IMG/VR virus record: IMGVR_UViG_3300033145_001771
Span: 1-63,847 of that record
Reading direction: 5' to 3' (one strand)
Origin: a virus
Lineage: Duplodnaviria > Caudoviricetes
DNA length: 63,847 nucleotides
Shown: positions 1 through 9,552 of the stretch, piece by piece
How the letters are laid out: every line of letters begins with the position of its first letter
Numbering within the stretch: the first letter of the stretch is position 1
Position numbers and translations under genes: made by a program
Notes under the pieces: generated by a model
The model's database searches: none
Told to the model about the DNA's origin: nothing
The model's input: the letters and a program-made list of their open reading frames with translations, nothing else

Positions 1-40
1 GGGTACGACAAAAACCAAAAAGAATCTTGACGCATTGCTT
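1..40. repeat. Terminal direct repeat (assembly overlap), left copy
   Basis: GGGTACGACAAAAACCAAAAAGAATCTTGACGCATTGCTT at 1-40 is identical to 63808-63847, and an ORF reads through the join. Confidence 0.95.
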
Positions 41-1072
41 GGTGGTCCGCAATTTTCAACGAAGGGCAAAGAATACTCATATCGAGGCAAATTCTCTGGT
101 CGTGAAGATGCCGAATCGTTTGGAAGTCCAAGGGCGAGGACGCAGAGGGCACGAAATAAGACGTTAATCGACCCCAATATTCGTGGATTACGACAGGCAC
201 CAGAGCCAAGTGAAGATGGTGCTTTTCATCCAATAGGCAAGAACCCAGGGGATGTTTATTTAAGCCCCAAATATATCGGCACAGATGGACATTCTAACAG
301 ACAGGGGCTCCAGCGTGAATTATCGTATCACGAGCAGAGAGTTCACGAAGTTGTTCAAACACAGGTCGCAGATTATTTAAAGAGACACATCGGCAAAGCA
401 CACTACAAGGTTTTAGATGATGTATTCGGCAAGCATAGATGGCGACACTGGATAAGAAAAGATTATAGTGGTGCGTGTTTACCGTCGCCAGAGGATTGGT
501 GGAAGCTCAAAGAGATTCTCGGTTTTGATGATGAATTAGACGAGATGATGACCGAGACTGTTTTGGTTGATAACACGATTAAATTTTCAAATAAGGGACG
601 TAATCCTGGTGACTTCTGGGCGATTAACACACAGCCGTTTTCGGGTCTACACTTTGCCGTGTATCCTGAATCATTGGTCGAGAGAATTATCAAGAGTTCG
701 TGTCCGCAGTGGGTATGTAAGAAGTGCGGGAAGCCGAGGGTGAGGATAGTAAAGAGCCCATATAAGGGAGGAACACATCATGGAGGCAAGCGAGAAGGAA
801 AAAACATTGATGGTAATTTAGACCCCAAAGCTTGTATATATCAAGGAGTGACAATTGGATGGACAGATTGTGGTTGTGACGGATTTGACCCTGGCATCGT
901 CCTCGACCCCTTCGCAGGTGCATTCACGACTGCGAAGGTTGCGAGGGATTTAGGACGCAGTTCGATTTCTATCGAGATTCAGCCGAAGTATTTGGAGATT
1001 GGTAAGAAACGTCTGAGAATTGGAGAGCAGTTGGATACGGGTATTGTAGACTATGAAATTATACGGCTTTAA
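35..1072 (+). CDS. C-terminal part of N4/N6 DNA methyltransferase that starts at 62996 and crosses the circular junction
   Basis: NPGDFW, HFAVYPESLVERII and VLDPFAGAFTT (SAM-binding motif I); CxxC insert; in frame with 62996..63847 across the overlap. Confidence 0.9.
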   Translation: MLGGPQFSTKGKEYSYRGKFSGREDAESFGSPRARTQRARNKTLIDPNIRGLRQAPEPSEDGAFHPIGKNPGDVYLSPKYIGTDGHSNRQGLQRELSYHEQRVHEVVQTQVADYLKRHIGKAHYKVLDDVFGKHRWRHWIRKDYSGACLPSPEDWWKLKEILGFDDELDEMMTETVLVDNTIKFSNKGRNPGDFWAINTQPFSGLHFAVYPESLVERIIKSSCPQWVCKKCGKPRVRIVKSPYKGGTHHGGKREGKNIDGNLDPKACIYQGVTIGWTDCGCDGFDPGIVLDPFAGAFTTAKVARDLGRSSISIEIQPKYLEIGKKRLRIGEQLDTGIVDYEIIRL

Positions 1073-1143
1073 ACATATTCAAGAATTATTTGGAGCAAAG
1101 TATTTATAGTAAAAGTTACTTTGAACTATAAGAGGTAAACAAA

Positions 1144-1317
1144 ATGGTGTTTGGAACGTTAAAATTAACCGAAAGACAATTAGCAAATTTACGTGCATTC
1201 TTAGTGCATTCGACATTGGGATGGAAAGAGGTAAAGCCTGGAACATTCACTGCTACTAACGAAATGGATGAGATGCTTGAGAAAATATATAAATTAGAAG
1301 AAGATATGGAGGCGTAG
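1144..1317 (+). CDS. Hypothetical protein (57 aa)
   Basis: ATG after AAAGTATTTATA promoter-like box and GAGGT RBS; stop abuts the next ATG at 1318. Confidence 0.55.
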   Translation: MVFGTLKLTERQLANLRAFLVHSTLGWKEVKPGTFTATNEMDEMLEKIYKLEEDMEA

Positions 1318-1584
1318 ATGAAGATAGAGAGGAAAATGCCGTGCTTCAAATGCGAGCACAAATGTGCATTACCAGGAGACGCTCACATACAGTGCAGCAA
1401 TCCACCGGACAGGCAGGTTTTCGTTGATGAGGGGGGAGAGAAGGGAGCACAACAGGCAAAAGAAGTGATGGAGCAACTCAATGACAACGTCGTGATAAGG
1501 GTGGTCTGGCCCGGCAGCGGGATATTCCCGCTCTGTTACGATGGGCTAACTGTGCTGGACTGCTCTAATTTCAAGGAGTGCTAA
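1318..1584 (+). CDS. Cys-rich hypothetical phage protein
   Basis: CxxCxH...HIQC motif, RBS GGAGG. Confidence 0.6.
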   Translation: MKIERKMPCFKCEHKCALPGDAHIQCSNPPDRQVFVDEGGEKGAQQAKEVMEQLNDNVVIRVVWPGSGIFPLCYDGLTVLDCSNFKEC

Positions 1585-1653
1585 AGGTTGCGCGGGGCTG
1601 TCCCAAGTCGAGTAAGGTGTATCCTTACACAGATACACAGATGGCGGAATTTC

Positions 1654-1740
1654 GCATTACGAACGCTAAGACTACAGGGTATTAGGGGTTCTCGCTTTGG
1701 CAAACCCCGTTGAACCTGTAGTGGGCGAGATTCGTGATGT
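1654..1740 (+). ncRNA. Putative structured non-coding RNA (long nested hairpin)
   Basis: Stacked stems GCATTACGAA/TTCGTGATGT, CGCT/GGCG, ACTACAGG/CCTGTAGT, GGGGTT/AACCCC in a GC-richer intergenic gap; G-U pairs favour the + strand. Confidence 0.45.
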
Positions 1741-1774
1741 AAGATGTTGATGCAAATAAGAAATCTAATTAAAA

Positions 1775-1830
1775 CCAACAGATATATATACTATGAGAAC
1801 GACAATGACACGTGGAGGCATTAAAGAGAG
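1775..1830 (+). promoter_or_regulatory. Early-type archaeal promoter, family member
   Basis: TATATATACTATGA followed by TGGAGGCA, similar to 58385-58435, 55505-55546 and 12095-12140 (-). Confidence 0.5.
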
Positions 1831-1956
1831 GCTGAGATGGTAGAACAAGAATATGATATCTTTGTCAAAATGATGCCGATAAGGGAATACACCATCCAAA
1901 TGAAGATAAAAAGCATAGAAAAGGGAAAGCCGCATCTCGTGGAAGTCGGAGATAAT

Positions 1957-2011
1957 GTGGCGGTGGTGTAATGGTAACACTATGATGTGGGTTCAAGTCC
2001 TGCCCGCCACA
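1957..2011 (+). ncRNA. tRNA-like element lacking the anticodon arm
   Basis: Acceptor GTGGCGG/CCGCCAC, D arm GTGT-AATGGTA-ACAC, T arm GTGGG-TTCAAGT-CCTGC; only TATGAT between D and T arms. Confidence 0.65.
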
Positions 2012-2042
2012 CTCGAAATGAACTGTATGAGGAGAGGCTGAG

Positions 2043-2273
2043 ATGAAGTATCATAATGTATGTCCTCAATGCATTGGAGAGAGGGATAGAGAAGATGGAT
2101 GGAGATTCGTGTTCGCAAGCCCTTCACGTAAAGTCAGATGCGAAATATGTAAGCGAAAGGTTAGACATTATTTCAGAAAACCAATGAGAGGCGAGATGAC
2201 AAAAACATGGGTTGATGCTATAAAATACATGAATTATAAAGAACGTATTGGACTATATAAATGGAGAGGGTGA
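2043..2273 (+). CDS. Small Zn-finger-like hypothetical protein
   Basis: CPQC and CEIC motifs, RBS GGAGAGG. Confidence 0.6.
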   Translation: MKYHNVCPQCIGERDREDGWRFVFASPSRKVRCEICKRKVRHYFRKPMRGEMTKTWVDAIKYMNYKERIGLYKWRG

Positions 2274-3165
2274 GATGAGGAAGGACGAGGAAGTGGTGGC
2301 GATACTCGAATGCCCTCATTGCCACAAGGATGTGTGTCTCGTGATGAAGAAGTCCAAGGGGGCATAGAGATGGCGGGCATTAAACACAAAAAAGTAAAAC
2401 CATACTCGGTAGAGGGTTTTGAATCTTTTGCAAAATTTTGTGAAAGCGACGAAAAGATGAGTGGGAAGAATACAACAAAAAGAGGAGAGGTTGAAATGAA
2501 GATAGGAGAAGAAAAAGCATTCGGAATAGTGTGCGGATGGGACGAAGAATTGGCTATGAAAATCACGAAAGTCATAGCAGAGCATAGACGAAAGGAGAGG
2601 TTGAGAACATGAAAACCATTTGCCCGTACTGTTACAAAGTCGTGGTCGTTGGTCAACTACACTTATGTGGCGGTCAAGAGAGGAGAGGCTGAGATGAAGA
2701 AGAAATACCCAATCGTTCCGATAAAACATCCTTCACCAGATGACTTTGAGATTGGAAGGCGGAAAGTGCTTGGCTTAAAAAAGAAGAGTAAGGAGAGGTT
2801 GAGATGAAGGAATACATGTCTATACGCCCTGCTAAAGGAACATGTTGCCCAGAGATGAAAATAGTTGATGGAGTGTGTCAAGGATGTGGACACGTATATG
2901 AGGAGGGTTGAGTATGAGTAAAAGATGTATATGCAAACCATCGTGTGATTGTGGTTATCAACCATGGTAGAGACCGACATACGCAAAAAATTAAGGAGAG
3001 AATTGAGGAGTTGGACAAAAAAGAAAGAGCGTTTAGAAAGTATGTAACTGAAACTTTAGAATCTGGTAAACTAATTAATATAACATCGGATGAATTCAAC
3101 AGCACACTCCACGATATATATGTTGCTAGATATGAACTCAAAAAATTACTGAAGGATGGATAGTC

Positions 3166-3378
3166 ATGTCTGAGATTCTAACGAACATCAACGTCTTATG
3201 TCCTATATGCAAGTCAAAATTAAAAGTTAAATTTTATACATTTTATGACCATGATGGTGAAATTTCAGACGTTGAGATAGAACACAATTGCCCCAAAGGA
3301 TGCCTTTACGATGAGGGACAGATTAAGCAGATTGAAAGTGAAATTGATAAGCAATTAGGAGATATGGCTAAAGATTAA
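3166..3378 (+). CDS. Small Zn-ribbon hypothetical protein
   Basis: CPIC and CPKGC motifs. Confidence 0.55.
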   Translation: MSEILTNINVLCPICKSKLKVKFYTFYDHDGEISDVEIEHNCPKGCLYDEGQIKQIESEIDKQLGDMAKD

Positions 3379-3583
3379 ACTTTGGGTGTATCACATGAAC
3401 CAAATTTTTATCTGCTCAATCTGTTATAAGGAAAGGCAAGAGATAGTCATAAAAGAATCTGAAGATGAGATGAAGGAGCATATGCAGGAGGAACATAACA
3501 TATCGGATTACAAAAATGTTGAAGTTGGAATTAGATTGGGAGGGGGATTTGCAGCATGAGAGGAGAAGGACCGAATCTTACGA

Positions 3584-3952
3584 TTGTTTGTGATTGGTGC
3601 GGTTGTGTGTATAAAGGGCAAGTTAATGATATATGTCCAAATTGTTTTTACGAAGGAGAGAAACAGAATGAAATTTAAGTTGTTCAATAAGAGTAAGAGG
3701 AGAGAAGATTTGGAATATTTTAATGGAAATTTTTTAGTTATGGTTGCCTCTGCGGAAGGAAATCTTATTTTTGTTGGTGATAAAATAAGCTATATTACAT
3801 CTAATGGTGAATCTGGTTATTTGTTATCAAACAAAACAGGTGATATTTTTACATTCCCTTACGATAAAGTAATTTGTGTACAAAATTTGTCTGATAAAAC
3901 TTGGAAGAGATTGACAAGGGACAAATCTAAAAATAGCGCGGTATTTGGGTAA
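3584..3952 (+). CDS. Hypothetical protein (true start probably the ATG near 3668)
   Basis: Open frame; AGGAGAG RBS precedes MKFKLF. Confidence 0.5.
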   Translation: MFVIGAVVCIKGKLMIYVQIVFTKERNRMKFKLFNKSKRREDLEYFNGNFLVMVASAEGNLIFVGDKISYITSNGESGYLLSNKTGDIFTFPYDKVICVQNLSDKTWKRLTRDKSKNSAVFG

Positions 3953-4032
3953 TCAAAAATTATTAATAAAAAGGTTTAAATATTATCAGGTTCATATATA
4001 AAGGAGAGGTGAAATAAAAGGTTTGAGAGGAC

Positions 4033-4169
4033 TCCTTCAATCAGGCTAAAATGGCGTTACCGTGTAACTTGCCTCCCGCAAGCTTTTCTGAGTTCGCAAA
4101 TTATATGCTACATTGAAAATCACCCAGCGAACTGAAACACGGGATGGCTCTAGCATACTGGTTGAGGGG
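4033..4169 (+). ncRNA. Putative structured non-coding RNA (multi-stem, three-way junction)
   Basis: TCCTTCAATCAG/CTGGTTGAGGGG, GCTA/TAGC, CCGTGT/ACACGG, CTTGC/GCAAG and AGTTCGC/GCGAACT; TTTAAATA box upstream near 3975. Confidence 0.5.
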
Positions 4170-4617
4170 AAATAGAAGTGGTCAAAATGGTAACAATAAC
4201 AGAATGTGGAAATTGCGGATACAAGTTTATCCGAGAAGGAAAGTATACAGATGTTGGGTACTGTCCATACTGCAGCAGTAATTATCTAGTTGAGGGTATT
4301 AGGGTTAAAAAGTCAGCATGATAGGTTGTTATGAAGTTTTGTCAGTGTTTTTGTGTTTTTAATAAGATGAGAGTAAAGAGTTATAGACGAGATTAGACTG
4401 CCATATATAGTGATAATAATTAGAGGCTTTTATTGGGGGAATTGTGGATATGTGAGGTTGTGTGTGATTCTAAGAATAAAGGCGCAGGACTTTGTTTTGT
4501 GGTATAGAGGTTAAGTGAGTATTATAGTATATGGATTAAATAAATAGATGGAATTAAGTAGAGATAATAATACTGCAGCAATTTTAACTATCCCCTCTAT
4601 TTAACCCCCTTTGCGCT

Positions 4618-5184
4618 ATGCCTAAACTACTAAACCCGCCGGAAACAATACAGCGCCAAATCAAACAGGTAGTATATGAGCCACGCTGTAAAGTATGCAG
4701 CTCTCCAAATAGGGAAGACTATGAATCTCTGAGAATAACAGGCACCAGCCTCAATGAATTATCCAGGATTGCGCAGCGCGAGTATAACGAAAAGATAAGC
4801 GTTCCCTCCTTTATGGGCCATATGAAAAACCATATGGTCGTTATCGAAGGTATTTCTGAGGATGCGCTGAAATCAGAAAAAGACAGGCTGGATTTAGATG
4901 ATATTATAAAAAGCAATCTGGACTTGGAGCGCAAGCTTGTTGAGCAATTGGTTCAGGGGGATATCACAGAAGCAAGTATAGTTAATGCTACGAAAGCCTT
5001 GCTGACAGAGATAAGACTCACAATCGATATGCTATATAGACTGCGCACCGATAAGTTCAAATCAGAAGTTAATATGCAGGCGATTGTTCCAACTATTATA
5101 GAGTTAATTGAGGACGTTCCAAAAGACGTTAAGATACAGATGATTGAGAAACTTAAAAAGATGAAGCTGGTGAACGTAAGGTGA
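4618..5184 (+). CDS. Putative terminase small subunit
   Basis: N-terminal CKVC...HMKNH Zn/HTH region, helical C-terminus, located upstream of TerL. Confidence 0.55.
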   Translation: MPKLLNPPETIQRQIKQVVYEPRCKVCSSPNREDYESLRITGTSLNELSRIAQREYNEKISVPSFMGHMKNHMVVIEGISEDALKSEKDRLDLDDIIKSNLDLERKLVEQLVQGDITEASIVNATKALLTEIRLTIDMLYRLRTDKFKSEVNMQAIVPTIIELIEDVPKDVKIQMIEKLKKMKLVNVR

Positions 5185-5469
5185 TTCTATGAGCGCAGGT
5201 AGAAATTGGGAGCGCAGTTGGATTCTAATAAGTGCTTATGTCTTCTAATATGGAAAGTGCGCCGGGAAGGTATGTAGATAACAAGCAGGGTCTATGTATG
5301 GGAGGAGGAGCGCTGTATCTCCTAAGATGGAAATTGAATTGGATGTAGTTTGTATATAGGGTGAGGAGTTGGTTTTTTGGTTTGTCCCGTTTTGAAATTT
5401 TACTGGGTGGGGGTCTGATAAAATAGCTAAGTATACACTAAATATAACTATTAAATTTAACTTCAACCC

Positions 5470-5600
5470 CACTTTTACCCTTCTACCCCTAGGGTATAAG
5501 CATCCAAAATACCTGAGAAATACAACTACACGCCGACCCTCTTGGGTTAGGTGGTAAAATGAAAAAACCAGAAACACCCGATGCGCTCTTGGATTTCATA
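5470..5600 (+). repeat. Dispersed non-coding element, copy A
   Basis: TACCCCTAGGGTA palindrome, then CGCCGACCCTCTTGGG at about +50 and CCGATGCGCTCTTGGATT at about +90. Confidence 0.6.
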
Positions 5601-5856
5601 GAAAAACTAGGAAAATGTTTGTCAGGAAACCACACAATCTTTCTAAGTAAAAGACATTTCTGGGGAAAATACACAACATTTGATGAAACTAGCAGAAAAG
5701 CCTTAATCCAATCTCTAAACTTTTTCAAATTGATATGAAATACTGTAACATATGCAAAAGGAGAAAACATTGTCCATTTAAAGAGTTGATATTTTGTACA
5801 AACTTCATACCTGATTTGATTGAAATGTCAGGTAGAATTAAAAGGCCAGAGGAAAC

Positions 5857-6072
5857 ATGGTAAGGTTATCACTTACAACAATCAGACGCATAATGAAAGA
5901 TAATAGTGAGATAGGTGATATAAATCCTGATGCTGTTGTAGCGATGAGGGATATCTTAGAGGAGATAGTTAGCAGAATTGTGCCTCAAGCTAATTTATTG
6001 GCTCGACATGCAGGTAGAAAAAGACTATGGCCTGAAGATATCAAATTAGCATATAAACGGATGAAGTGGTAA
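5857..6072 (+). CDS. Archaeal histone (HMf-like)
   Basis: Aligns end to end with HMfB: IRRIMK, DA...ILEE, LARHAGRK..EDIKLA. Confidence 0.92.
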   Translation: MVRLSLTTIRRIMKDNSEIGDINPDAVVAMRDILEEIVSRIVPQANLLARHAGRKRLWPEDIKLAYKRMKW

Positions 6073-7394
6073 AATTGAGTCAATATAAAGAAGCAATCTT
6101 AGAAGCTTTAATGTTTGACAAATATAGAACTGACATAGATGCGTACACAAAGGAGAGGTTAAATATACCAAACCTATCGCCAGGCCAGTTGGAGTTTTTA
6201 AGGGATATGACCGACCTCAGCAATACAAAAGTTTTAATATGCTCGGCTAGAGGTGGTGGCAAGACATTCGCATCTGCAATAGTAGCCACCTGGTCTATTG
6301 ATATTTTGCCTTATTACTATAAAAAGCCATACGAAGTTACTGTATTGGCTGGAAGTTTTAAACAAGCAGAAATTCTTTATTCATACTGCAAGAAGTTCTT
6401 TACTAGAACAGCACTAGCGGACAAGGTTGATGGAGATGTTATGAAGACTAGAACTGTTCTAAAAGACGGCTCTCGGATAGATGTGCTAACAGCAAGTGAA
6501 AAACAGGTGAGAGGTCCACATCCCGATACTTTGTTAATTGATGAAGCATGTGAGGTACCAGATGATTTAATAAAAGCTGCTTTGCCTCAGGTATCTACAA
6601 GTTATCATGGACGTATAATCTTAACCAGTACGCCACATCACTACTTTAGCTATTTTGTTGATACATGGGAAAATGCTGAGAAACTTGGTTATAAAACATA
6701 TCAATGGAAAGCGGTTAGTTGTCCATGGATTGATAAAAAGAAAATTGAAGACGCTAAAAAGGAACTTGATAGCGAGACATTTAGAATTGAATGGGAAGGA
6801 TTGCCAACACCTTTAACAGGAACTGTATTTGATGGCGAAGATATCAAAAAGAGCATTATCGAATCACTTCCGTCCTTGACTGAAGACCCAATCTATATGG
6901 GCATTGACTGGGGGTTTGTGCATCCAACAGTTATAACTATCGTTCAAAACCAAGATGGCATATTTAGTGTTCTTCTGGCAGAGGAACATAAGCAAGCAAA
7001 GGCAACTGAACTAAGAGAACGAATCAAATCATTATATGATGAATATAATGTAGATAGAGTTTTTGCTGATATATCACATAAAGGAGAAAATCAACGGCTT
7101 GTAGATGATGGGTTAAATCTCGAAGAAGTTCCATTTACAAGTGAGAAAAGAATAATGGTTAGCAACCTAAAGTCTCTCTTTGAAAATAAGAAAATAAGAA
7201 TACCAAGTAGATTCATAGAATTGGTTAGACAGCTTGGGAAATACACATATATGACCACTCCCACTGGCAGGGTAACACTGTCCAAGGGTGATGATGATTT
7301 TGTAGATTCTCTGATGTTGGCTACAAAAGAGAGCAGGGTTATGCCCAATATATTTCATTATGCCACCATTAAAAGAGCAAGGAGGGGGATATGA
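6066..7394 (+). CDS. terL: Terminase large subunit
   Basis: Walker A ARGGGKT, Walker B LLIDEA, LTSTP, nuclease GIDWG and DDFVDSL. Confidence 0.95.
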   Translation: MVKLSQYKEAILEALMFDKYRTDIDAYTKERLNIPNLSPGQLEFLRDMTDLSNTKVLICSARGGGKTFASAIVATWSIDILPYYYKKPYEVTVLAGSFKQAEILYSYCKKFFTRTALADKVDGDVMKTRTVLKDGSRIDVLTASEKQVRGPHPDTLLIDEACEVPDDLIKAALPQVSTSYHGRIILTSTPHHYFSYFVDTWENAEKLGYKTYQWKAVSCPWIDKKKIEDAKKELDSETFRIEWEGLPTPLTGTVFDGEDIKKSIIESLPSLTEDPIYMGIDWGFVHPTVITIVQNQDGIFSVLLAEEHKQAKATELRERIKSLYDEYNVDRVFADISHKGENQRLVDDGLNLEEVPFTSEKRIMVSNLKSLFENKKIRIPSRFIELVRQLGKYTYMTTPTGRVTLSKGDDDFVDSLMLATKESRVMPNIFHYATIKRARRGI

Positions 7395-7594
7395 AGCACA
7401 GATACGACCTCAGAGACGAAAGAGTATGGCAATGTATATCAGAATTTCCTGGCTGGTTTACTGCAAAAGAAGCTTTTGAGCGTATGAACAAATATTGGAA
7501 GAAACATAAAGTAAAGTCTTCACGTTCTTTAGCCCAGATATTGCGCAGATTCGATTTAGAGCGAAAGGGAATGTATTATAGAGTTAAAAAATAA
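7391..7594 (+). CDS. Small basic wHTH-like protein
   Basis: FTAKEAFE...SRSLAQIL pattern; overlaps the TerL stop. Confidence 0.45.
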   Translation: MKHRYDLRDERVWQCISEFPGWFTAKEAFERMNKYWKKHKVKSSRSLAQILRRFDLERKGMYYRVKK

Positions 7595-7642
7595 CAAAAG
7601 TATTTAATAGTTGGTGTTATTAATATTATATAGTGAGGTAGA

Positions 7643-8974
7643 ATGTCTAGATTTGAAAAGTTATCAAATGCAGCAAGGTCAATTAGGCAAACAGTTTTGC
7701 CAAAGAAGGCGGCTGTTACATTTGAAGTTGCGAGCATTTCACCAAAAAGGATTTTAACAAAGAGCAGGCTTAAAAGAATCTCTCCAACTGATTTAGAGAG
7801 GTTATACCACTTAGATGGGTTGATATTTAACGGGATTAACTTAATTGTCCATTATACGGTTACAAACTTTAAAATAGAGTGTGATGACCCCAAATCAAAA
7901 GAAGTTATTGAGAATTTTGTTAAACAATCAAATCTGCACCTTAAGATGGAAGAGATAATCCGGCATGAATGTATATATGGAAACTTTTACGGTGAACTGA
8001 ATTATAATAAGCCAAAGTCTAACATTGTTGATATTACGGTGATGGACCCCAAGACCATAGATTTTAAACGTGATAGTAAGGGAGTTATAGAACTTATCGA
8101 TAACCGCATTCCAACAGGTTATGTGCAGAAAGTTGGTATAGATAAAAGAGAGTTTAAATTTGATGAGATAGCCCACTTTAGGTTATATACTGTAGCTGAT
8201 TCTTGGAACGGAATTGGTTTAATTGAACCACAATATAAAATTTGTTTGATTAAACTAAACTTGGAGGAGGCGTTGGGTGAATCAGCATGGAGATATTCTT
8301 CGCCTACAATATTAGCTCAGATAGGTGATGGCGAAAGAAGAGAGACATGGCCTACACCTGAAGCAATCCAAAACTTTAGCAAAGAGCTAAGGAATTTTGA
8401 TTATAAAACTGATTTGGTTGTTCCATACTTTTATAACATTAAGTTTTTACAGCCAGGGACTTTAACAAACATGCGTAATCATATGGAATACTTCATTAAT
8501 CTACAATGTGCAACGTTAGGCGTTCCAAGAGCTATTTTGCTAGGAGCTGCCGAAGGAGCGAATAGAGCGACTGTAGAGATACAAGCGAAACAGTTCGCAA
8601 AGAAAATCAAATCGATTCAAGCACATTTAGCACATGATATTGAAGAACAGATATTTAGACGTATAATTGAGTTGAGGGGGTTATCTGAAGTTCCCAGAAT
8701 AGTTTGGGATGAAATTGAAGCTGAAACATTAACAGAAAAAGCGGAAAGATATGGTTTGTATGCTAAGACGGGTCTGCTTACACCAGATGATAATATTGAA
8801 AAGGTAATAAGAGAGAGCGAAGGCTTGCCACCCAAAGAGGAGCTTAGGGAATTAGCTAAACTTGAAGATAATAGGTTCATAGATACAGAGGACCTAGACA
8901 AAAAGGTGGCATCTGAACTTGATAGAGTTTTTGGTAATATGAAGAGAAAAAGCCTGAATCTATTCAAGAAATGA
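7643..8974 (+). CDS. Portal protein
   Basis: Position after TerL; IYGNFY, EIAHFR, GIGLIE, LGVPRAILLG..ANRAT, IRESEGLP motifs. Confidence 0.9.
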   Translation: MSRFEKLSNAARSIRQTVLPKKAAVTFEVASISPKRILTKSRLKRISPTDLERLYHLDGLIFNGINLIVHYTVTNFKIECDDPKSKEVIENFVKQSNLHLKMEEIIRHECIYGNFYGELNYNKPKSNIVDITVMDPKTIDFKRDSKGVIELIDNRIPTGYVQKVGIDKREFKFDEIAHFRLYTVADSWNGIGLIEPQYKICLIKLNLEEALGESAWRYSSPTILAQIGDGERRETWPTPEAIQNFSKELRNFDYKTDLVVPYFYNIKFLQPGTLTNMRNHMEYFINLQCATLGVPRAILLGAAEGANRATVEIQAKQFAKKIKSIQAHLAHDIEEQIFRRIIELRGLSEVPRIVWDEIEAETLTEKAERYGLYAKTGLLTPDDNIEKVIRESEGLPPKEELRELAKLEDNRFIDTEDLDKKVASELDRVFGNMKRKSLNLFKK

Positions 8975-9552
8975 TATCTATATCCGATGTTAATGATTTA
9001 AGTTTTGACAAAGAACAGAAGCAATTCTATAAAGTGCTTCTTGGCTATATGTTGAAAGCATTTAAGAGAGGAGGCCAAAGAGCATTTGATGAATTTAAGC
9101 CTAAACAGACATTGCAAGAAATTACTGGGGTTTTTGAAATAGAGAAGGATGGAGAAGCAGAGCGATTTTTACAAACATATGCACTTAAACTAAGTGGAAG
9201 AGTTACAGATGAAATAGAGACGGAGGTTAAGACAGAGATTATGACAGGGTTGAACAAAGGAGAAAATATTAGCAAAATAGAGAAACGGATTCGGGATGTG
9301 TTTGATGCCACTAGGTATAGGGCTGAATTAATAGCAAGAACGGAAATGGCTAGAGCAGTCAACGTTGGTAGGCTTGAAGGTTATAAGAGAGCCGGAGTTG
9401 AGAAAGTTCAGTTTATTGTAGCGGGTGATGAGAGGACTTGTTTAGAGTGTATGGATTTAGAAAATCATGTGTTTAGAAGGGAGGAGGCACCAGATTTGCC
9501 AATCCACGCGAATTGCCGTTGTACTATAGTGCCTTACTTTGAGGAGAGATGA
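8971..9552 (+). CDS. Minor head protein (MuF/SPP1 gp7 family)
   Basis: RAELIARTE, DERTCLEC, PIHANCRC. Confidence 0.92.
   Translation: MISISDVNDLSFDKEQKQFYKVLLGYMLKAFKRGGQRAFDEFKPKQTLQEITGVFEIEKDGEAERFLQTYALKLSGRVTDEIETEVKTEIMTGLNKGENISKIEKRIRDVFDATRYRAELIARTEMARAVNVGRLEGYKRAGVEKVQFIVAGDERTCLECMDLENHVFRREEAPDLPIHANCRCTIVPYFEER

Noticed and set aside
1-40. Biological direct terminal repeats
   Set aside because: The repeat falls mid-gene and looks like an assembler overlap on a circular map.
1957-2011. Functional tRNA gene
   Set aside because: No anticodon arm, so it cannot decode.
4060-4143. Hammerhead or HDV-like ribozyme call
   Set aside because: GUA and GAAA positions fit, but the CUGANGA core is replaced by CTTTTCTGA and HDV pairings are not satisfied; kept only as an unclassified structure.
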